64,000 nucleotides of DNA from the NCBI GenBank assembly GCA_025056355.1, contig JANWWI010000004.1, positions 24,300-88,299 of the forward strand, given 5' to 3'. This DNA is from Casimicrobiaceae bacterium. GTDB lineage: Bacteria; Pseudomonadota; Gammaproteobacteria; Burkholderiales; Casimicrobiaceae. Both the position numbers and the translations under genes were made by a program. The notes below the pieces were generated by a model. The model was not told the DNA's origin and ran no database searches. It saw only the letters and a list, made by a program, of their open reading frames with translations. Each line of letters begins with the position of its first letter. Within the stretch, counting starts at the first letter, position 1. Positions 57,155 through 64,000 of this stretch are shown piece after piece.

Positions 57155-57921
57155 GCGCCTCCGTGGCTTTCCCGGCAACACTGCCCTCGGTCGAGCACTT
57201 TTTCACCCATCCGCTTTTTGCTCCCCACGCGGCCGGCTGGCCCCCGAAGATCGAGGGCTCGCCGCGACTCGTCTCAGCACCCCTGCGCGCTCAAGGGGCG
57301 CTTGCGTTTGAGCGCGCAGTGGTTGAGCGCGACGAGCTGTGGATGCGTCCCGGCAATGCGCATGATGCGTTCAATGCCCTCATTTGGCGGCTTTTCCCGC
57401 GCGCCAAACGGGCCATCAGCCGGCTGCATGTCGCGCTTGGTCACGATCCAGCTTCCCCGAACGGCCGCTCGCCGCATCGCGATCGACTCACACTGTTCGA
57501 TGAAGCCGGGGTGCTGCTTGTGGCGCGTGATGCGCAGCGGCTTGCCCTCGCGCATGCACGACACGACTGGACCGAGCTGTTTGTGGCCCGCCGGGCGTGC
57601 TGGCACACCGCTATTGGCGTGATCGTGTTCGGGCACGGCGCGCTCGAACAGATCGCGGCAAGCTTTGCACGTACCGGGGCCGCGCGCATTCCGCGCACGC
57701 TCACGCTGACAGGGCTGTGGCTCGAGGCCGATCCGAGTGCGCCGCTCGAACAGCTCGATGGCTTGCTGGCCGAGGGCATTGCAAGCGCAGGCCTGCTCAG
57801 GCCGGAGCAGCCGCGCTGGCCGCTGCCACTGATCGGCGTGCCGGGGTGGTTCGCAGAAAGCGCGCACCCGGCGCTCTACGAGGATCGCGAGGTGTTTCGC
57901 CCGTGGCGTGGTTCGGGTTGA
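57151..57921 (+). CDS. DUF3025 family protein
   Basis: 'HDAFNALIW..FPRAK', 'RDRLTLFDEAG', 'HDW..LF', 'FGHGALE', 'VFRP'. Confidence 0.85.
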   Translation: MSASVAFPATLPSVEHFFTHPLFAPHAAGWPPKIEGSPRLVSAPLRAQGALAFERAVVERDELWMRPGNAHDAFNALIWRLFPRAKRAISRLHVALGHDPASPNGRSPHRDRLTLFDEAGVLLVARDAQRLALAHARHDWTELFVARRACWHTAIGVIVFGHGALEQIAASFARTGAARIPRTLTLTGLWLEADPSAPLEQLDGLLAEGIASAGLLRPEQPRWPLPLIGVPGWFAESAHPALYEDREVFRPWRGSG

Positions 57922-57928
57922 GTGGGCC

Positions 57929-58750
57929 TCAAGCCCCGGTCCAGACCGTGTGCAGCATCTTTGCGCCAAGCAGATAGAGCAGCGCGGCAAAGAGACGCTT
58001 GAGCGTCAGCACCGGAAGCCGATGCGCAAGCCGCGCTCCGATCGGAGCCAGAAGAACGCTGGTTACGCAGATGCCCACAAGCGCGGGCAGGTAGACAAAG
58101 CCAAGCGAGGGCTGAGGTACCTGCGCATGGCCCCAGCCGTTCCAGATGTTGCCGATCGTTGTGAACACCGCAATGGGCAAACCGAGCGCCGCCGAGGTCC
58201 CGACGGCGGTGTGCATCGGTACATTGGTCCAGGTCAAAAAGGGCACCGAGAAAAAGCCGCCGCCTGCGCCCACAAGCGCCGAGAGCACGCCCACGGTAAA
58301 GCCCGCTAGCGTCAGGCCCCAGGCGCCGGGCAGGTGCCGAGACGGCTTGGGCTTGAAATTGAGCAGCATTTGGGTTGCGGTGTAGAAGAGAAACCCGGTG
58401 AAAAACACCCCCAGAAAAAGCGTCGAGAAGCTCGCCAGAAGCCGTGCTCCGACCAGGCTGCCAAGCAAGATGCCTGGGCTCATGAGCGCAACGGTTTGCC
58501 AGTCGACCGCGCCCCGGCTGTGATGCGCGCGCACCGAGGAGCTAGCCGTGAGCATGATCGTGGCCATCGACGTGGCCAAAATCACCTGCATCTTGGTCTC
58601 GAAGGGAAAGTCCTGCGCGGCAAACAGCATGGTCAGGATGGGTACCATGGTCATGCCGCCGCCGATCCCCAAAAGCCCCGCCAGAAAACCCACCACGACC
58701 CCGAGCGCGAGGTAGGCCGCAAACCAGGGGGTGAGAAAGGCTTCAAACAC
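57929..58750 (-). CDS. Sulfite exporter TauE/SafE (TSUP) family
   Basis: 'GLLGIGGG..MVP', 'VGAGGG', 'AVGTSAA', multi-TM. Confidence 0.9.
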   Translation of the reverse strand: MFEAFLTPWFAAYLALGVVVGFLAGLLGIGGGMTMVPILTMLFAAQDFPFETKMQVILATSMATIMLTASSSVRAHHSRGAVDWQTVALMSPGILLGSLVGARLLASFSTLFLGVFFTGFLFYTATQMLLNFKPKPSRHLPGAWGLTLAGFTVGVLSALVGAGGGFFSVPFLTWTNVPMHTAVGTSAALGLPIAVFTTIGNIWNGWGHAQVPQPSLGFVYLPALVGICVTSVLLAPIGARLAHRLPVLTLKRLFAALLYLLGAKMLHTVWTGA

Positions 58751-58766
58751 AGCTGACCGGAGCCGA

Positions 58767-59228
58767 TCAATCGGCCCGCCTCAAGAAGCGCTCGCAGATC
58801 AAGCGCCAGTGGGCTTCTTCCACCGGTGTGATCGAGAGCCGGTTGCCGCGCTTGAGGATGATCAGATCGGCAAGCTCCGGGACGGCGCGTAGCGCGGCCA
58901 GGGGAATGAGCGGCACGCGCTCGACGAATTCCACATCGACGCACCACCAGATCGGCCGTTCGCGTGTGGCTTTGGGGTCGAAGTAGGGGCTGGCCGGATC
59001 GAATTGCGAGGCATCCGGATGTGCCGGGCTTGCGATGCGGCAAATGCCCGCGATTCCGGGCTCGGGGCATGAGGAGTGGTAGAAAAAGGCTAGCTCCCCG
59101 ACTTGCATGCGATCGCGCATGAAGTTGCGCGCTTGATAGTTGCGCACACCGAACCAGCTCGATCGCCCCTCTCGCGCGAGATCGTCGATCGAGTACTCCT
59201 GCGGTTCGGATTTCATGAGCCAGTACAC
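58767..59228 (-). CDS. EVE domain protein
   Basis: 'YWLMKSEP', 'GVRNYQARN', 'FFYHSSC', 'RLSITPV'. Confidence 0.92.
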   Translation of the reverse strand: MYWLMKSEPQEYSIDDLAREGRSSWFGVRNYQARNFMRDRMQVGELAFFYHSSCPEPGIAGICRIASPAHPDASQFDPASPYFDPKATRERPIWWCVDVEFVERVPLIPLAALRAVPELADLIILKRGNRLSITPVEEAHWRLICERFLRRAD

Positions 59229-59254
59229 GGCCGTACTTTCTCGAATGAGCGCGC

Positions 59255-59282
59255 AAAAAAGAAGGGAGCGCACGCTCCCTTC
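59255..59282 (-). terminator. Rho-independent terminator after 6S RNA
   Basis: GAAGGGAGC-GTGC-GCTCCCTTC followed by TTTTTT on the minus strand. Confidence 0.85.
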
Positions 59283-59295
59283 GTGGAATTCGGGT

Positions 59296-59495
59296 GCCCC
59301 GCCTTCGCCGTGTCGGCCGGCATCTTGAACCGAGGTTCAAGAGCGGTTGCCTGCACGCGCGTCGTAGGTACAGCTGGCAAGGGCGACACGGGCCGCCTCA
59401 GGAGCCGCGCGCATGGCCGCGCGTAGACAGGCATCCTTGCGCACTGCGCTGTTGGTTCGAAGAACTCTACGACCGCCACGCACGACGCAGGAGCG
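59296..59495 (-). ncRNA. ssrS: 6S RNA
   Basis: Downstream of zapA; contains the CTTGAACC...GGTTCAAG hairpin typical of 6S; ends can pair into a long stem. Boundaries approximate. Confidence 0.82.
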
Positions 59496-59559
59496 CACTA
59501 ATTCTACGGCGCCTCAAGAAGAAACGGTGCCACGACAGGGCAGCCGGTCTGCAGGGGTC

Positions 59560-59892
59560 TCACGCACGCGTCTGAAGGAGCGCCTGCGCGACTTGCATCT
59601 GCAGCGCCTCGATGCGTTCGACCAACTCGCGCTCGCCCGGCGGCGGCGCCGAAAGGGGGGCGGTGGCGTTGTCTTCGGGGCGCGGCACCGAGGTCTCGGC
59701 GGCTAATTCGAGCGCGGCCAGCAACAGCACGCGTTCGAGCTCGGTGCGGGGACTTTGCCGAGCGATGCGCTCACAGAGCGCTTGGACGCGCTCGGCGGCT
59801 CGATGCAGGCGCTCGGCTTGCGCGGCTGGCGCTGCGACGCGAAACGTGCGGCCTTGGATCGTAAGGTTGAGGCTCGAAGAGTCAGCGCTCAT
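59560..59892 (-). CDS. zapA: Cell division protein ZapA
   Basis: 'LTIQGRTFRV', 'ERVLLLAALELA', coiled-coil tail; next to 6S RNA. Confidence 0.85.
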   Translation of the reverse strand: MSADSSSLNLTIQGRTFRVAAPAAQAERLHRAAERVQALCERIARQSPRTELERVLLLAALELAAETSVPRPEDNATAPLSAPPPGERELVERIEALQMQVAQALLQTRA

Positions 59893-59903
59893 GGCAGGCT
59901 CGC

Positions 59904-60083
59904 TTACGGAAGACGCTCCACGAGCGCGCGCAAGCGCTCGCGCGCGCGCGCGAGGCGCTCCTCGCGCTCGGCCAATTCGCTGCGCAGACGCGCGTTTTCG
60001 GCAGACAGTTCGGCAAGCCGCGCAAGCGCCTGCCCGAGCGCGCGTTCGAGCCGATCAATTGCTGCGGAGAGCCGTTCCGTCAC
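59904..60083 (-). CDS. 59-aa coiled-coil protein (ZapB-like), not in the ORF track
   Basis: MTERLSAAIDRLERALGQALARLAELSAENARLRSELAEREERLARARERLRALVERLP*; GTGA overlap with greB; upstream of zapA. Confidence 0.8.
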   Translation of the reverse strand: MTERLSAAIDRLERALGQALARLAELSAENARLRSELAEREERLARARERLRALVERLP

Positions 60084-60703
60084 GACCTCGTATTGCCTTC
60101 GCTTGGCGTGGCCAGCGCCGCAAGCGCACGCGGGGTCTGATCGGTGGCCAGCGGCACGTAACGCACGGCAAGCACCTCATATTCCTCCACCCCGGAGGGG
60201 GTCGGCACGCGTACCGTGTCGCCCTCGCGGTGTTTGATCAGCGCCCGAGCGATTGGCGAAAGCCAGCTCACGTAGCCACGCTCCGGATCGACCTCATCGA
60301 TGCCGACAATTGAGATCGTTTTCGACTGACCGCGCGCATCGGCCAGTTCGACGGTCGCCCCGAAAAAGATTTGATCGGTGTCGCGCGAGGCCGGATCAAC
60401 GATTTCGGCCTCATCGAGCCGTTTGATCAGATACCGTATGCGGCGATCGATCTCGCGCAAGCGGCGCTTGCCATAGAGGTAATCGCCGTTTTCGCTGCGA
60501 TCGCCGTTGCCGGCGGCCCAGGCCACCACGCGCGTGACCTCAGGTCGTTCGACCTGCGTGAGGTGCACGAGCTCCGCCTTCAAGCGCGCGTAGCCGCCCG
60601 GGGTCATGTAGTTCTTGGTGCCGGACGGCAGCGGCGGAAGACGCGCCTCTTCCTCGTCGAGCTCAGCCGCGAGATCCTCTTCACGGGTGAACGCTTTACT
60701 CAT
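60080..60703 (-). CDS. greB: Transcription elongation factor GreB
   Basis: 'NYMTPGGY', 'AGNGDRSENGDYLYGKRRLREIDRRIRYL', 'WLSPIARAL'. Confidence 0.95.
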   Translation of the reverse strand: MSKAFTREEDLAAELDEEEARLPPLPSGTKNYMTPGGYARLKAELVHLTQVERPEVTRVVAWAAGNGDRSENGDYLYGKRRLREIDRRIRYLIKRLDEAEIVDPASRDTDQIFFGATVELADARGQSKTISIVGIDEVDPERGYVSWLSPIARALIKHREGDTVRVPTPSGVEEYEVLAVRYVPLATDQTPRALAALATPSEGNTRS

Positions 60704-60800
60704 GAGTCCTCACGCGCTCTTGACCACTCGGGCGGGGGCTAACAGTGTATCGCGCGCCCGCGGCCACGGCGTCGAAGCGGCCACCGAGTCGCGGCCGGGC

Positions 60801-61673
60801 TCAACCCCTGCGGCGCACGTGCGCGAGCGCCTCACAGAGCGCTTCGAGCGTGGAAAAGCTAGCAAGCGAGGGACGGTGCAGCGCCGAGCCGTCGAACGCG
60901 AGCACCGGCACGGACGGTGCAAGCCTCTGCCAGAAGCGCTTCACCGCCGCAGCATCCGGTTCGGCAACGAGGATGAGTTGCGGTTGGGCCGCAACAATGG
61001 CTTCGCGCGAGACCTCGGCTGCGGGCTGCCTCAGGTGGCCAAAGAGGTTGTCGGCGCCACAGAGCGCAAGCGCCTCGCCGACCAGATGGACATTGGAAAG
61101 CGTCCAAAGCCGCTCACCGCCTAGATGGTAGAAGACACGAAGCCGTGGCTGCTCGGCGCTGCGGGCTTTGAGTCGTATGAGCAAGCGCCGAAGCTCGGCG
61201 CTTCGCCTGCGAGCGCGCTCGAGCGGCTCTGGGCCCGCCCAGGCCGCGAAACGCTCGAAGTCGGCGAGGATCTGCTCGAATGTCCGTGGCTCGCTCGTTT
61301 CGATGCGAATTCCCTGTCGGCGTAGCGTTTCGAGATCCGCTGCCCGATTGCCCGAGGGCCAGGCCACCACCACATCCGGCTCAAGCGCGAGGATCGCCTC
61401 GATGTTGGCTCCGAGGTGGCTTGCGACCTTCGCTCGTTGCCTTGTTTCCTCGACAACACTCGGGCAGCTTTCGGTGACACCGACCACGCGGGGCCCGAGA
61501 CCTGCCTCAAACAGTAGCGCCGTGATGTGTGGCGCGAGGCTCACAATGCGCTCGGGGGCGCGTGCCACTGCGGCCGTCGCCCAGGCGAGGGCCGCAAGCA
61601 GGGCGAGGCCGCGGGCGAATAGGCGCATCCGGCGCCTCGGCCTCAAAAACGGCCGGTCAGGCTCAGACGCCAC
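60801..61673 (-). CDS. btuF: Cobalamin-binding periplasmic protein (BtuF-like)
   Basis: 'RIVSLAPHIT', 'EAILALEPD', 'CGADNLF', 'REAIVAAQP', 'LHRP'. Confidence 0.85.
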   Translation of the reverse strand: MASEPDRPFLRPRRRMRLFARGLALLAALAWATAAVARAPERIVSLAPHITALLFEAGLGPRVVGVTESCPSVVEETRQRAKVASHLGANIEAILALEPDVVVAWPSGNRAADLETLRRQGIRIETSEPRTFEQILADFERFAAWAGPEPLERARRRSAELRRLLIRLKARSAEQPRLRVFYHLGGERLWTLSNVHLVGEALALCGADNLFGHLRQPAAEVSREAIVAAQPQLILVAEPDAAAVKRFWQRLAPSVPVLAFDGSALHRPSLASFSTLEALCEALAHVRRRG

Positions 61674-63487
61674 AGGCGACCGCCGGTCGAGTAGCCGCGC
61701 GCGGTTTGGTAGTCGCGGTCAAACAGGTTGTCGAGGGCCGCCGTCAACTGCCAGTCTCGCGCGAAACGCCAGCGTGCGGCCAGGTCAACGACCGCATAGC
61801 CGGGCAGTCGGTTTCGGTTGTCTGCGTCGTCGAAGCGCTCACCCGAGCCACGCAAGGTCGCAGTCAACTCGATTCCGCCAGGCAGCGGCGCCACGAGGCT
61901 TAGGTGCCCCCACTCACGGGCACGACGCGGCAGCCGTCGGTCGGTCAGGCGGTTTCTCGCATCGAGCAGGTCGAGGCTTGCGCTAAAGCGCAGCGCGCCA
62001 AAGTCTTCGCTGAACGTCACAGTGGCGCCCTGAAGCCGAGCTCGCGCGACGTTTTGCGGCGCGCAGTTGAAGTTCGCGTCGCAAACGAACCGAATCAGGT
62101 CACGCACCTGCGAGCGGTAGCCGAGGAGCGAAAGGCGCATCGTCTCGCGCTGCCACGAAAGCAGCGCCTCGAGGCTGCGACTTGCCTCCGGTTTGAGCCG
62201 CGGATTGGAAAACCCCGGGTAGTAGAGATCGTTGAAGGTGGGCGCCTTGAACGCGGTTCCGGCGGTGAGGCTGACGCGAACACCCGGCGCGGCTGCCCAA
62301 CCCGCAGAGACGGTTCCTGTCGTGCGCGTGCCGAATTGGTTCGAATCATCAAGACGCAGATGACCTGCCACGCGGATCGGGCCTTGCCAATCGAGCCCGA
62401 GCACGGCGCTTGCGGTCCTGCGGCTTTTGGCGAGCAGTCCGTCGGTGTCGGCGATGCGCTCGCCGCGCCATTCGACGAGTGCAAGCGCGGAAAGCCCCGG
62501 CTGCAGCACGGCTCGCGTTTGCCAGGCCGCTTGCTGGTTGCGCGTGACATAGCGGCCGCCGAATGAGGAGACAAACTCGGCGCTTTCGCGACCATGCGCA
62601 AGCAAGAGCTCGCTTGAGGCGGATGCGCCCTGCCAGCGTAGACCCGCCTGCGCGGCAATCAGGTCGAAAAGCGCGCGGTCGTCGCGCATGGGAGAGCCGT
62701 CGTATTGGCTGTTGCTCGTGCTGGCGGTGACCCGTGCATGCAGCGACCAGGCCTGATCGAGGCGCTGCTCAAGGCCGAGCTGGCCGCGCGTGACGCGCCA
62801 GCCGTCCCGGTCGGGGTTGAAGCTGAAATCGCGCGGCTCAACGATCGCGTTCCAGCCGCGGCTGGTCTCATGGCCGGCACTTGCGTCGATCCGTGTGGCG
62901 CCGGCCTGGAGCCGGGCGTTTGCCCGCGCAGCGAGCATCTGGTTCGCTCCGGCATCCAGACCCAGCTCGACGCCGGCGCGAGCCGTCTCGCCGCTGCGTC
63001 GCGTGATGATGTTGACGACCCCGCCGACGGCATCGGCGCCATAAAACGTCGCATGAGGCCCGCGTACGATTTCGATCGCTTCGATTTGTTCGAGGCCGAG
63101 CGTCTGCAGCGCTGCCTGACCGCTAAAGGCGGAGGCGATCCGCTGGCCGTCGATCAGCACGAGGGTCTGGTTCGAGTTGTGCCCGCGCAGAAACAGCGAC
63201 GGTGTGGCAAACGGGCCGTTCTGGGCGACTTGCACGCCAGCGACTCGGGCCAGCAGCTGGGCGAGATTGGCCACCCCCGAGGCGGCGATCTGCTCGGCGC
63301 TCACGATGGTGACATCGCGCAAGACGGAGGAAAGCGGCTCCGCGCTTCGCGTTGCCGTGATGACCAGCGGCTCGGTGCGGAAAGCCTCGGGGGCTTGCGC
63401 GTGGATCGAGGCACTCAGCGGGGTGAGTGCGGCGGCCAGCGCGAGCGCTTGCCAGGGCGAGTTTCGGTCGGGCGATTCGTTTGGCAT
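61643..63487 (-). CDS. btuB: TonB-dependent cobalamin receptor
   Basis: TonB box 'EPLVITATR', plug 'LVLIDG', 'IEIVRGP..T.YGADAVGGVVNIIT', C-terminal Phe; preceded by a Cbl riboswitch. Confidence 0.9.
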   Translation of the reverse strand: MPNESPDRNSPWQALALAAALTPLSASIHAQAPEAFRTEPLVITATRSAEPLSSVLRDVTIVSAEQIAASGVANLAQLLARVAGVQVAQNGPFATPSLFLRGHNSNQTLVLIDGQRIASAFSGQAALQTLGLEQIEAIEIVRGPHATFYGADAVGGVVNIITRRSGETARAGVELGLDAGANQMLAARANARLQAGATRIDASAGHETSRGWNAIVEPRDFSFNPDRDGWRVTRGQLGLEQRLDQAWSLHARVTASTSNSQYDGSPMRDDRALFDLIAAQAGLRWQGASASSELLLAHGRESAEFVSSFGGRYVTRNQQAAWQTRAVLQPGLSALALVEWRGERIADTDGLLAKSRRTASAVLGLDWQGPIRVAGHLRLDDSNQFGTRTTGTVSAGWAAAPGVRVSLTAGTAFKAPTFNDLYYPGFSNPRLKPEASRSLEALLSWQRETMRLSLLGYRSQVRDLIRFVCDANFNCAPQNVARARLQGATVTFSEDFGALRFSASLDLLDARNRLTDRRLPRRAREWGHLSLVAPLPGGIELTATLRGSGERFDDADNRNRLPGYAVVDLAARWRFARDWQLTAALDNLFDRDYQTARGYSTGGRLWRLSLTGRF

Positions 63488-63749
63488 GGGTGAACACCTC
63501 GGTTCGATGAAGAGGCGGCGCCCTCCGCGCCGCGGAAGCTTGGTTCACCCGAGATCGTGGAAAAGCGCGCCGGCAAGTCTGCTCGGGCCCAAAGGTTCGG
63601 CGTGCGAAGCGCAGCTCGTCTGATCTGCGGAGCGGAGACCACCGAAACTTCTGGCCGAAGCGTTCGCCTTGGGCGAGCTCACCCCCTGCGGTTCGCGCCC
63701 CGCGACCCGGGTCCCTCGCGTGTGCCGCGGAGGTGGCGGCGCACGGGCG

Positions 63750-64000
63750 TTGAGGCCGGTCTCCGGACTCTCTGCGCTTCACGCCGTCTTCCCGGCGCCT
63801 TTCACGGCACCAGTGACGAGGTGGCGTTGAAGTGCGATCACGACACAGGCGCCATTCCGGACGAATGAGCGAGCGAGCGATCGCGGCAGACTACCGTTGC
63901 GGGGGCAGTCGCGGCATTGCCCGTCGCGGAAGCGAGACGGACGCACCGCGTTCCCGATTCTCCGCTGCGCAACGAACAACCGCAGCGGCACCTCACGCGA
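63750..64000 (-). ncRNA. Cobalamin riboswitch
   Basis: Minus strand: AGGTGC...AATCGGGAACGCGGTGC...AATGCCGCGACTGCCCCCGCAACGGT...GTCACTGG...GGGAAG...AGTCCGGAGACCGGCCT. The 5' end may lie at or beyond the window edge. Confidence 0.92.

Noticed and set aside
59440-59470. GGTTCGA tRNA T-loop-like sequence
   Set aside because: No cloverleaf; it lies in the antisense of the 6S RNA.
59925-59955. (GC)n dinucleotide run
   Set aside because: Explained by Ala/Arg codons of the ZapB-like coiled coil.
1-64000. CRISPR arrays, IS elements, integrases, prophage genes, rRNA/tRNA
   Set aside because: No spaced 23-47-bp repeat series, terminal inverted repeats, transposase or integrase motifs, or structural RNA signatures were seen by eye. 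A formal scan was not possible.

Overview
GC-rich chromosomal segment with a gene set and gene order typical of Betaproteobacteria (Burkholderiales-like). It is mostly housekeeping: hemCD, gpmI, rhodanese-grxC-secB-gpsA, dxs/ispA/xseB, rocF, pyrC, dksA, sodB, hslV, dsbC, greB-zapB-zapA-6S RNA and a cobalamin riboswitch-btuB-btuF unit at the right edge. I saw no rRNA, tRNA, CRISPR array, transposase, integrase or phage gene. The most interesting accessory features: (1) a five-gene, sigma54-promoter-led operon of secreted beta-rich proteins (5741-10269). It looks like a non-canonical chaperone/usher-type pilus, with two paralogous subunits ending GTY-x3-(I/V)-x-YT-x-S-x-P, an adaptor, an Ig-like chaperone and a short usher-like barrel with an SdrD-B-like tail. 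(2) A 53-aa gene absent from the ORF track (15052-15213), with a complete sigma54/IHF/enhancer promoter and its own terminator. (3) A ~5 kb block (ECF sigma, anti-sigma, subtilase, CsgG-like lipoprotein, Cys-rich secreted orphan) that splits the usual xseB-ispA-dxs operon. (4) A DUF1800-DUF1501-MBOAT-SGNH operon. (5) An SPFH protein fused to an excisionase-like HTH. (6) hslV with no adjacent hslU. Family names come from motif recognition by eye; no database search was run. Several start codons were re-chosen by eye and are approximate.
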